NCBI GenBank assembly: GCA_018238155.1
Contig: JABCTZ010000046.1
Location: forward strand, 224,001 to 288,000
DNA: 64,000 nucleotides
Reading direction: 5' to 3'
Source: Candidatus Heimdallarchaeota archaeon
GTDB taxonomy: Archaea; Asgardarchaeota; Heimdallarchaeia; JABLTI01
Positions 9,666 to 19,400 of this stretch are shown here, in pieces. How positions within the stretch are numbered: the first letter of the stretch is position 1; every line of letters begins with the position of its first letter. The notes beneath the pieces are model-generated. The model saw only the letters and a list, made by a program, of their open reading frames with translations, was not told where the DNA came from and did no database searches. The translations under genes and the position numbers were made by a program.

Positions 9666-10658
9666 TTATCTTCTTTTAAAGAGATTTATTGGATTTATTC
9701 TTTTATTTGGATTTCTTGCACCTTGTAAGAGCTCAACAAAACAATATCCAACTTCTTCGTTCTTTTCGTTAAGGATGCTTGCCATTAATTCATAATAAGC
9801 TAGATTTAGTTGGCCATCCATGAGTGGTTTTATAGTATAATTTTCTTCTTTTACTCCAGGAATCTTAAGCTTCCATCCTTTGGAAAATTTAAAACCATCT
9901 ATTTCAATCATTTCCAAAGGTTCAACTTGACAATCCCGTAATCGAATTCCCTGCTTATCTTTTGTTATATAGGTTCCATCTAAATACGGATGTTGAGGAA
10001 AATAAAATATCATTACTTCTTCATCATCAAAAAACCGCAATGAAAACCATTCCCAATGTGTAGAATTATCGACTATGTCATATGGACCCCATTGCCGATC
10101 AAACCAAGTTTTACCTTTAACAGTGATGGGTTTCTCATCATTTCTTTTGAGTGTTAATTCACCTTTTGTAGGCATGTTTGTATAAGAGTAATAGAGTGTT
10201 CGTTGTTTTGGGTCGCTTTCAGTTCCCATCACTAATACACCATCATCACCATGCCAAAATGCACCTTTTCCAACATCCAAGGTTAAATTTAGATTGAAAT
10301 CCTTTGTGTCTAATTTAATTTCAAAAGATTCTTGGTTTTTTGTTAGTTTACTATATGGATGAAAGACCAGCTCTTTCTGGTTCACATAAATTCTTCTATT
10401 TTGGAATCCTAATCTCTGATGATAAAAATGCTCGCCAGTTTGGAAATCTGTCAAGGCAATCATTGAAACATATGAAGTTGTTCCAAATACTCTTGGTTTT
10501 ATTACCGTATATTGATAAGAATACATATTCTTACTTTCTTCATCAATTAGATATCCAGTAGCATACCACCAACCAGATACTTTCTTATGTGGAAGCCATT
10601 CATCATCAAAGCTTCCATGATCCGTTTCTTTGTATTGTATTTTTTCATGAAGTGTCAT
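9666..10658 (-). CDS. AttH/CrtC-like lipocalin-fold protein
   Basis: WWYATG, YYSYT, GKTWFDRQWG and WEWFSL motifs. Confidence 0.8.
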   Translation of the reverse strand: MTLHEKIQYKETDHGSFDDEWLPHKKVSGWWYATGYLIDEESKNMYSYQYTVIKPRVFGTTSYVSMIALTDFQTGEHFYHQRLGFQNRRIYVNQKELVFHPYSKLTKNQESFEIKLDTKDFNLNLTLDVGKGAFWHGDDGVLVMGTESDPKQRTLYYSYTNMPTKGELTLKRNDEKPITVKGKTWFDRQWGPYDIVDNSTHWEWFSLRFFDDEEVMIFYFPQHPYLDGTYITKDKQGIRLRDCQVEPLEMIEIDGFKFSKGWKLKIPGVKEENYTIKPLMDGQLNLAYYELMASILNEKNEEVGYCFVELLQGARNPNKRINPINLFKRR

Positions 10659-10752
10659 TTTAGTTCCACCTTTAATTCATTTTTAAATTCAAGTTATATA
10701 ATAAATAGTCAACATCTATCTGACGTTTTAAGGATAAAAATTGGTGGAAATG

Positions 10753-10785
10753 GTTAGATATCTAACTAAAGGTTAGACTTCTAAC
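10753..10785. promoter_or_regulatory. Tandem palindromic operator GTTAGA-N2-TCTAAC (two copies) abutting a TATA-like element
   Basis: Perfect palindrome GTTAGATATCTAAC at 10753-10766, GTTAGACTTCTAAC at 10772-10785, then TATTTAAATA at 10786-10795. Confidence 0.65.
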
Positions 10786-10932
10786 TATTTAAATATTATC
10801 AAGCATGCATAATTTAAAATGTGTTCCTAGAAGGATTTTTTTTGGCTAGTTTATTGATAACATAAACATAGAGAATCTAAAATACAAAATATAGTAAGGC
10901 TCTTATACGTGTTTTTGTAATGTGGGTCGATT

Positions 10933-11997
10933 ATGCCTCTAAGTAACTTTTATGGAGAAATAGCAGCAATTAGTGGAGCGGTTTGCTTTGGTGTTGGAAA
11001 TGTAATAATCAAATCGCAAGGCAATAAGATCAGTCCCTTTGCAATTAATGCTATTCGTTTAACTTTATCAGCGATTATTTACTTTATCATTATTGCATCA
11101 ATGGGAATAATCAGTTCAACATTCAATCTTACTTGGAGGGTTGCTCTCTTTCTTGCAGGAGGAACTTTCATTGGTGTTGTTATTGGTGATATTATTTTCT
11201 TTTTCAGTCAACAGTTAATTGGTCTTTCGAAAGCTTATCCCATTGCTGTAAGTTATCCACTAATGACATATATTTTGGGATTAATTATCGGTTCCGAGGA
11301 TTTTCACTGGGCAAGAATAGTTGGGGTAACTCTAGTAATAGGAGGAGTGTATTTAGTATCTATATCAACTAAAGGAAAAGAAATAGAAAATCAAAGAACG
11401 AATGAAGAAACCGGCATCGAAATCGCAGAGAATTTAGAAAAAACACCAGAAGATAAATTACTTGAAAATAATGAATTACAAAAAGAAAAGACTGAAAATC
11501 ATTCCAAAGAAAAAGGAGTAATCACAAGAGAAGAAACTCAGAAAGTCAAACTAAAAAAGAAATATCTTATTCTAGGTATTGGAGGAGCACTTACTACTGC
11601 AATCTGTTGGACTATTGGAACAGTCTTAATGGACCAAGCTTTCAACAATCAAGATTTAGAGGGGTTACCAGCTACCGCTTTTAGAATTATTTGTGTTCTA
11701 CCTGTATCACTCTTGATATTTACTTCAACAAATCGTGGAAAATATAAAAGTAAATTTAGTCGGAAAGGGTTGCTATTTATTGTTATAGCAGGATTAATTG
11801 GTAATACAGCAGGGGGGTTACTCTATGCCTTTGCATTACAATATTCAACAGCGTCTACAACAGCAGCAATAACTGCTGCAGCACCATTAATTGCAACACC
11901 TCTAGCAGTTATTTTTCTAAAAGAGAAAATATCTTGGAAATTAGTGGTTGGTACATTAATAACCATAAGTGGAATTTGGTTGATAATACTATTCTGA
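10933..11997 (+). CDS. DMT/EamA family transporter with long charged central loop
   Basis: Two 5-TM EamA repeats; LAVIFLKEKIS motif. Confidence 0.9.
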   Translation: MPLSNFYGEIAAISGAVCFGVGNVIIKSQGNKISPFAINAIRLTLSAIIYFIIIASMGIISSTFNLTWRVALFLAGGTFIGVVIGDIIFFFSQQLIGLSKAYPIAVSYPLMTYILGLIIGSEDFHWARIVGVTLVIGGVYLVSISTKGKEIENQRTNEETGIEIAENLEKTPEDKLLENNELQKEKTENHSKEKGVITREETQKVKLKKKYLILGIGGALTTAICWTIGTVLMDQAFNNQDLEGLPATAFRIICVLPVSLLIFTSTNRGKYKSKFSRKGLLFIVIAGLIGNTAGGLLYAFALQYSTASTTAAITAAAPLIATPLAVIFLKEKISWKLVVGTLITISGIWLIILF

Positions 11998-12029
11998 AGA
12001 GAGAAAGAACAGTTTACTTTACAAAATTA

Positions 12030-12191
12030 CTAGTCGGACACCAAGAAATTCATTCGAACAAAAGTACCACAATTCTTGCAATTATATTCAGAAAGAATAA
12101 CTATTCCGAGCTCTGTGTGGTAAATAATTTTCACAGTCTTACTACCACAAAGAGGGCATTTTTCTGTAACTTGAATACTCCGTTCATTCAT
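12030..12191 (-). CDS. Small C4 zinc-ribbon protein, ZPR1-finger-like (missed by ORF track)
   Basis: MNERSIQVTEKCPLCGSKTVKIIYHTELGIVILSEYNCKNCGTFVRMNFLVSD (53 aa); CPxCG...CxxCG; GAGGAG upstream. Confidence 0.75.
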   Translation of the reverse strand: MNERSIQVTEKCPLCGSKTVKIIYHTELGIVILSEYNCKNCGTFVRMNFLVSD

Positions 12192-12406
12192 ATTTCAGTT
12201 CATACTCCTCTAAAATACCGACATAATTAAGCTTGTTTCATTAGCTAACAAATTCGTTTTACTTTTAAAGTATCGTATTTATACACTTAAAAAAATTGCT
12301 CCGATGAATCAAAAGTGACGTATTGTTAAATAATAACCAGTTTGGAAAAGTTTAATTTATGAAGAGGATAAGAGTTTCTTAAGAACGATTGGAGATAATA
12401 TCTACG

Positions 12407-12856
12407 ATGACTGATATACTAGAAACGGTTGAAAAAGTTAAGGGTTGGCTAGATGAACTGAATTTGAAATGTTTTATTTCACCAAATGGAACAGAGATTA
12501 TGCTACCATACAAAATTGACGATCGCACATTCAATGTTAGAATAGTTATCGCCCCTGAATGGATGCAGCTCTTCTGCCAAATAATGCCATATAATGAAGT
12601 ACCACAAGAATTAGTTGGTGCAATTCATGCAAACCTTCTCTTAGCAAATTTTAATTTAAATGAAGTAACATTTTCGATAGATCCAGAGGGAAATATCTAC
12701 TCTGAAAACGATATACCAATTGACTCAGATTTAGTAACTTTCAAATCTGAGCTTGGTGCAGTTGTTTTTGGTTATCAATATTTCTTTGAACAGTTAGCAC
12801 CAAAAATAGGTGGTGCAATTGAAAAGATGTCAAAAGATAAACTAGGTATAACCTAA
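12407..12856 (+). CDS. YbjN/type III chaperone-fold protein
   Basis: LLLANFNLNEVTFSIDPEGNI pattern typical of the YbjN-like fold; about 150 aa. Confidence 0.65.
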   Translation: MTDILETVEKVKGWLDELNLKCFISPNGTEIMLPYKIDDRTFNVRIVIAPEWMQLFCQIMPYNEVPQELVGAIHANLLLANFNLNEVTFSIDPEGNIYSENDIPIDSDLVTFKSELGAVVFGYQYFFEQLAPKIGGAIEKMSKDKLGIT

Positions 12857-12926
12857 TAATAAATTTCTATTTGTTTAAGAAACATTCACTGGATTTTTCC
12901 AGTGCTATTTTCTCTTTCTTATTTTC

Positions 12927-13916
12927 TTAGTTTTCTACAATAATTTTTGCTCCAGTCGTATTGATTTTTGACTTAGAAAGCAAATTAAATTCATGTTTGG
13001 AATAATTTTCATTTATTGAATTTATAATGGCCATTGCAGAAGCTGCTGAATCAGATAAACTAAATATTGTTGGTCCAAAAGAGCTTATACCATGTCCAAA
13101 TGATTTTTTATTTTCTTGTAGAAAGGCAAAAATCTCTTGATTGAAATCAGAATTGAAATAATTCATTCCAAATTTCGGCATAATGTGCTGCATGGTTATC
13201 AAGCCTTCACCAAATGATTTGATATCCTTTTCAATTAGAGACGGAAGAATCTTCATTAATAGTAGTCTCGAGAGTTTTTCGACTCCTTCAGCAGGAATAG
13301 GGCAATTATCTCTAAATAGACTAACCTCTTTTTTTCCTGAGGCTCCTTTTTTTGCTGCAGGAGTAATTAAAACAAAGTACCAATTTGTTGGAGGATAATT
13401 TCTAAAGATTATCGGAGGAGGAGGAGCGTTTGATACTCGAGATGGTTGAAAAGTTTCAGTTTGTTTTCCCGGTCCAAAGGAGTGTCCACCATCTAATATT
13501 ACTCCACCTTTATCGAAAGAAGCAACACCAATACCACTTGTACCACCACGTTGAACAGCTTTAGCAATCTCTGTAACGCTAGTATTAAGTTTATGAATTT
13601 TTGAAAGAATAGACCCTAGTGCAAGAAGAAATTGAGTATTAGAACCTAAACCAATATGACTTGGAACAGAATCAATTAGTTTTAAATTGAGATCAGAGGA
13701 TGAAACTCCAAAATAGGCATCAAATTTAGCAATAACGGCAAGAGTTTTTTTTTCAAGCACTACTGGTTTTATTTTTTGAGTATCAGAACAATATTTTATC
13801 ACCCAACCTGGTTTCTCCAAAGCAACTCCAAAACTTCCATTGATTCGTCCTAATTCACCATTGAGGTCTATTAAACCAAAATGTAAACGAGAAGGAGTCT
13901 GAACAGTAATTTGCAT
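12927..13916 (-). CDS. mptG: Beta-ribofuranosylaminobenzene 5'-phosphate (RFAP) synthase, GHMP family
   Basis: TPSRLHFGLIDLNG, HIGLGSNTQ, RGGTSGIG, GGVILDGGH, SSFGPT. Confidence 0.88.
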   Translation of the reverse strand: MQITVQTPSRLHFGLIDLNGELGRINGSFGVALEKPGWVIKYCSDTQKIKPVVLEKKTLAVIAKFDAYFGVSSSDLNLKLIDSVPSHIGLGSNTQFLLALGSILSKIHKLNTSVTEIAKAVQRGGTSGIGVASFDKGGVILDGGHSFGPGKQTETFQPSRVSNAPPPPIIFRNYPPTNWYFVLITPAAKKGASGKKEVSLFRDNCPIPAEGVEKLSRLLLMKILPSLIEKDIKSFGEGLITMQHIMPKFGMNYFNSDFNQEIFAFLQENKKSFGHGISSFGPTIFSLSDSAASAMAIINSINENYSKHEFNLLSKSKINTTGAKIIVEN

Positions 13917-14025
13917 TGTCTAAACCAAGTGTTTTTTTTCAAGGATTTCTATTGAATTACACGTAATAAATTCTTCACATATATGGAAAAAAAAGCTAAA
14001 AGAACAAGAGAGAAAAATATTTTCT

Positions 14026-14604
14026 CTATCGTCTTCTTTTCTTTCTTTTTGGTTTTCTAGAACGGGAGATAACAGCAAAAACTATTACTATTAAAAGCAA
14101 TAATCCAATTCCAGATGCTAACATCCACCACCAACCTGCAAAACCATTTTGAATCACGAATAGATGATAATTACCAATATGATTTCCTGTTAAACATGTA
14201 ACAATAATGTTGTGAGCTCCAGCATCAGTTGGAGTAAAGATAAACTCAATAACCCTTTCATCTTTCGTTGCAGTAGTATCCCACATTTTTGATTCTAAAT
14301 AATCACCACCAGGGCCATTTACTTTTAATGCAAACCATCCTTCTGTAATATCTATTTTCACTTGAAGCAAATAAGGTTTATTTTTTTTCATTTGGAAATG
14401 ATATGTATCAGCACTGAGGAGAACCTTTAGGTTTCCCTCTTTATAAAGTAAAACACGGTATACTTTTGGGTCGTCAATATCTGCATTAGTCTTGACTTCA
14501 GAATTGTGGTTTATATTTGAACCTATTGCTACTGTCACAATTGGTAAAAGAGTAACAATTATTATGTTAAGTGCAATAATTTTGGCAAACATTTTTTTCT
14601 TCAT
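14026..14604 (-). CDS. Exported beta-sandwich-like protein with C-terminal TM and basic tail
   Basis: Signal peptide; GWWW followed by a TM and RSRKPKRKKRRR. Confidence 0.7.
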   Translation of the reverse strand: MKKKMFAKIIALNIIIVTLLPIVTVAIGSNINHNSEVKTNADIDDPKVYRVLLYKEGNLKVLLSADTYHFQMKKNKPYLLQVKIDITEGWFALKVNGPGGDYLESKMWDTTATKDERVIEFIFTPTDAGAHNIIVTCLTGNHIGNYHLFVIQNGFAGWWWMLASGIGLLLLIVIVFAVISRSRKPKRKKRRR

Positions 14605-14763
14605 GAATATCGACCTTTTTAATATAAAACAATAATATAAAGTACTTATTAAATTATTACATTAAAAGAGTAATTCTCCGACAAAAAACTTTGTCCCAAA
14701 TGAAAGGTTTTTTTAGTACTAATCAATATCATTTATTAAAAAGTAATCTTTAAGGTGAAAATC

Positions 14764-15408
14764 ATGTCTGTAGATAAAATGATCTATCATATCAGAAAGG
14801 GCAAATTTGTTCCTGTCAAGGATCCGCATTTTAAAACTGGAGATGCATACGTTATTGATCTTGGCAAAACTATTTGGATTTGGTTGGGCAAGGGAGCACA
14901 AGTTGATGAAAAATTCATCGCAGCAAAAACAGCCCAAGAATTAGATTGGGAACACAGTGGAAAACCCAGAGTTGATTCCTGTTTTGAAGGTGAAGAAGAA
15001 GCAGAGCTTCTTAATGCCCTTGGTCCCGATTTCAAAGTTGTTGAAGGTGACACACCATCTATGTTGGTACATGTCGATAAAACTTTCAAACCGGAATTTC
15101 GAATGATTCGAGTAAAACAGGAAGGAGACGATATTGAGTACATTGATGAGAAATTCTCTCGAGATTCATTAGATTCCAATGATGTATTTGTTGTCGTAGG
15201 ATTAATGGGCGAAGAAGCAATGATGATTTACAACTGGATTGGAAAAAATGCTCGACCTAAAGAGAAATTCTTTGGTGCAATAAAATCGGACTATATTGAT
15301 AAAGAGTTCAGAGAAGCACCACAAACAATAACTATTGAAGAAGGTGAAGAAACAGGTGGTTTCAATTACGTCTTCAAAGCACACAGAGAATTTCAGAAGA
15401 ATAAGTAA
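14764..15408 (+). CDS. Two-domain gelsolin-family actin regulator (eukaryotic signature protein)
   Basis: Domain 1: FKTGDAYVIDLGKTIWIWLGKGAQVDEK...EGEEE. Domain 2: SLDSNDVFVV...IYNWIGKNARPKEK...IEEGEE. SD AGGTGA 5 nt before ATG 14764. Confidence 0.9.
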   Translation: MSVDKMIYHIRKGKFVPVKDPHFKTGDAYVIDLGKTIWIWLGKGAQVDEKFIAAKTAQELDWEHSGKPRVDSCFEGEEEAELLNALGPDFKVVEGDTPSMLVHVDKTFKPEFRMIRVKQEGDDIEYIDEKFSRDSLDSNDVFVVVGLMGEEAMMIYNWIGKNARPKEKFFGAIKSDYIDKEFREAPQTITIEEGEETGGFNYVFKAHREFQKNK

Positions 15409-15499
15409 CAGATAAAAAAATTAGAGTTGAATGATGATTAATTATTATCATTCATTTTTTCTCCTTTTTTGATTCATTATTGAAGTGTATTTTGAGACT

Positions 15500-16084
15500 T
15501 TATTCTGCTTCGAATTCTTCCTCAAGAGCACCGACTTCTTTGAGAATTTCATACGTTTTTCTAGTAGATTCACTTACGAATTCCTCTTTCTTAGCTCCGG
15601 TGCAAACAAAAGCACCACTTTGGAATAATAACAAAACAGTCTTTGGTTCTTTAATACGGTAAATCAAACCTGGAAATTGTTCAGGCTCGTACATTGAACC
15701 TTCAAGCATAATAGATGCTAATTCAAGGTTAATTATTGCATTAATATTTCCAGAAGCAACAATATTTTGCACAGTTACAGATGGTTTACCAGTTATTTTT
15801 GCACCTGCAGCTTTCAATACTTTAACAATTTCATCAGCAGCAACATGAAGCATATCTGCACTCTTAGCTCCAGTAATAACCATTTTACCTGAAGCAAAAA
15901 TTAGAGAACTAACTTTTGGTACTGGTATTTTTAAAACTAATCCTGGAAATTTTTCAGGTTCATAAGAAACAAAATATTCTGGTTTTTCACCCAATGCATC
16001 AGCTAAAGCATAGAGATCAATTCTTGATGTTTCAACGCTTCCAGATGCGACACAGTTTTGTATTGTATATTCAATTTTAACCAT
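15500..16084 (-). CDS. tbp: TATA-box binding protein
   Basis: Two repeats of QNxVAS / YEPE(K/Q)FPGL / F.SG..V.TGAK; acidic tail. Confidence 0.98.
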   Translation of the reverse strand: MVKIEYTIQNCVASGSVETSRIDLYALADALGEKPEYFVSYEPEKFPGLVLKIPVPKVSSLIFASGKMVITGAKSADMLHVAADEIVKVLKAAGAKITGKPSVTVQNIVASGNINAIINLELASIMLEGSMYEPEQFPGLIYRIKEPKTVLLLFQSGAFVCTGAKKEEFVSESTRKTYEILKEVGALEEEFEAE

Positions 16085-16308
16085 TTAGTTATCTCCCAAT
16101 AAAAAGTAGGGGTTTTTTCTAATCATATATAAACAAATACTTGCTTATAAAGCGTCGCTTATAAATGAATGTTTGTCGTTGATTTTGAAATAGTTGTGAG
16201 ATATTCAGATATCTTTTCAAAAAAGAACCGATTTTATAGTATTCAGAAACGCTTTTAAAGATTCAGAGAAAATAAAGCTTGTAATTTAGTAGTTCATTAG
16301 GTGAAGAC

Positions 16309-16341
16309 ATGAGGGATCATGAAATTATACCCCAAAATTGA
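16309..16341 (+). other. Putative leader uORF MRDHEIIPQN upstream of ileS
   Basis: SD AGGTGA (16299-16304), 4 nt spacer, ATG; tandem Ile codons ATT ATA; stop 79 nt before ileS. Confidence 0.4.
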
Positions 16342-16420
16342 CTTTCTATACATGCAATATCCTAGGATAAACTATTTACAAACTCTAGAACTTTTTGGAG
16401 ATTGATTTAAATGAGGAATC

Positions 16421-19400
16421 ATGAAATTAGAAACTAAAACAAAAAAGAACCAAAATAAACAGCAAAAAAAACAAACAGATGACTTTAGATTTCCCGAAGT
16501 AAGTTCAAGCGTAGATATGGTTCTACTTGAAGAATCAATACTTGCATTTTGGGAGAAAGAACGAATCTTCGATAAGAAACTCGAACAAAATCGCAAAGCA
16601 AAGAAGAACTATTCTTTTATAGATGGACCGATAACAGCTAATAATCCCATGGGTATGCATCACGGATGGGGTCGTTCCTTAAAGGATATGATACAACGAT
16701 TCCGGGCTATGTGTGGTTACGAACTTAGATATCAAAATGGTTTTGATTGTCAAGGTCTTTGGATAGAAGTTGAAGTTGAGAAAGCACTAGGATTAAACTC
16801 CAAAAAAGCAATAGAAGACTTTGGTTTAGAGGAATTTTCTAACAAATGTAAACAACGTTTAGATAAATATTCAGAATTAATAACCACAGAATCTAAACGA
16901 TTTGGACAATGGATGGACTGGGATAATTCCTACTACACACACACAGACACAAATATCAGTTATATTTGGCATTTTTTGAAAAAGTGTCATGAAAATGGTT
17001 GGTTATTTAAGGGACATCTACCTATGCCTTGGTGTAGCAGATGTGGGACCTCATTATCTCAACATGAGCAACATGATTCTTACAAAGAGTTAACACATAC
17101 CTCTGTTTTTGTAAAATTTCCATTAAGAAGAGCTAATAAGAATGACAATCAGTTGAATGAATTTCTTTTAGTTTGGACTACAACTCCTTGGACATTGACT
17201 GCAAACACTGCTGTTGCTGTCCACCCTACATTAAACTATACCAAAGTGAAACAGAACAATGAGATATACTATTTGGTAAACAGTCGATTATCTATTCTTA
17301 CTGGAAAGTATGAAACACTCGAAGAAATATCAGGCAAGCAATTAGAAGGACTATTCTATACTACTCCTTTCAAACACTTAGCAAGTCAAAAGAACGTTGA
17401 GCATAAAGTGGTACTATGGCAAGATGTAGGTGGTGAAGAAGGCACAGGGATTGTTCATATTGCTCCTGGGTGTGGAGCAGAGGATTACCAACTTTCGCTT
17501 CAATACAACTTGAATGTCCTTTCACCAATTGATGAATTAGGAATATTTCTTAAAGAGTATAATGAATTCGCAGGATTGGAAGTACATTCTGTTTCAGCAA
17601 TGGTAATTGAACTATTAACAGAAAGCGGTTTACTCTATAAAAAAGAGCAATATAAGCATCGATATCCTACTTGTTGGAGATGCAGTGAAGAATTAGTATT
17701 TCGACTAGTAAATGAATGGTTCATCAACAGTGATGAAATACGACCTTTGCTAAAACAGGCTGTCACCAAAGTTGAATGGATACCTAGCTTTTATGAGAAA
17801 AGAATGCAAGACTGGCTAAATAATATGGGCAATTGGTGTATATCTCGTAAGCGTTATTGGGGTTTGCCTCTACCATTTTATGAATGCAATCATTGTGGAA
17901 AGCTAACAGTTATAGGAACAAAAGAGGAACTCTTAGAAGCTGCGGTTGAAGGAGTAGAAAATTTAATCGAACTACACAGACCTTGGATAGATGAAGTTAA
18001 AATAAAGTGCTCTAATTGTGGTGAAAAGGTCTCAAGAATAATTGAAGTAGGTGATTGCTGGTTAGATGCAGGTATAGTTCCATTTTCCACTCTAAAGTAT
18101 CTTGAGGATAAAGACTATTGGGAAAAATGGTTCCCTATTGAAAGTATCTGCGAAATGCGTGAACAAATACGTCTTTGGTTCTATTCGCAACTATTTATGA
18201 GTGTCACTCTAACTGGAAAACCACCCTTTAAACAAGTTGTAGTTCATGAAAAAGTACATGATAAAGATGGTAGGGCAATGCATCGAAGCTGGGGCAACGC
18301 GATCTGGTTCAGCGAAGCTGTGAACAAAATGGGCGCAGACATAATGCGTTGGTCATTTGTGAAACAGCAATTAACACAAACAATGAACTTTGGTTATTAC
18401 TTAATAGATGAAATAAAACCATTTTTCCTAACAATTTGGAATGTTTACTCATTTTTTGCTACTTTTGCTAATCTGGATGAATTTACACCAAATACTAAAA
18501 AAGCAAAAGAATTGCTCAAAGAGGGATTACCCGAACTTGATCAATGGTTATTATCCAAATTAAATGTTCTAATACTAACTGTACGAAAATCTTATGAAAA
18601 GATGAAGTTCAGAGATGTAACTCTTGAGTTAGAAAAATTTGTTGAATTACTATCAACTTGGTATGTTAGAAGAAGTCGTAGAAGATTTTGGAAGAGTGAA
18701 AATAGTACGAATAAATTTAGCGCTTATTCAACACTTTATCAAGCACTACTTACATTAAGCAAGTTAATGGCACCTATTGCACCTTTCTTTACTGAAAGAC
18801 TCTACAGAAATTTAACGCAGGAACTACAAACTAAAAATGCATCTAGTGTTCATTTAACAGCTTTTCCAAAAGTCAAAAAGTCATTACTAAATCTAGAACT
18901 TAATAGGAAAATGGATTTAGTTTTAGAGCTGGTTCGTCTAGGAAGATCTGCAAGAAATAAGGCAAATATCAGATTACGGCAACCATTACCAACAATGAAG
19001 ATATGGTGTAGGAATAGTGAGAGTATACACTTTATTCAAGAATTCAAAAAAGATTTACTGAACGAATTAAATATAAAGAACATCAAATTTGTGAAAAACC
19101 CTGGAAAGCTATTCAAAATGAAATTAAAACCCAATTATAAAATTCTAGGACCAAAGCTAAAGAATTCGCTCTCTCTCCTCGAAGAGAAAATACAAAATAT
19201 GAGTCAAAAGACCATATTAGGTGTTTTTAACAGCACAAATCAAATGCTAACACTTGAACTTGAAAATGAACAAGCTGTCCAGTTACAGCTAAATGAAGAT
19301 TTGTTTCTGGAAATGGAGGCAATGGGTACGTATGCTATAGCTGTGAGTAAAGAAAACGCTATCGCACTTGAAACTACATTAACGCATGAACTCATTCTCG

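Noticed and set aside
12192-12203. In-frame ATG-AAC-TGA-AAT before the zinc-ribbon start, as possible selenocysteine read-through
   Set aside because: The first ATG is only 1 nt from the SD, the TGA is not at a Cys-motif position, and I saw no convincing SECIS.
11934-12230. 98-aa + strand ORF in the track
   Set aside because: It overlaps the EamA end and is antisense to the zinc-ribbon gene; no motif.
16200-16420. T-box riboswitch upstream of ileS
   Set aside because: No T-box consensus (AAxxxGGGTGGxACC) or Stem I motifs are visible; the uORF is reported instead.
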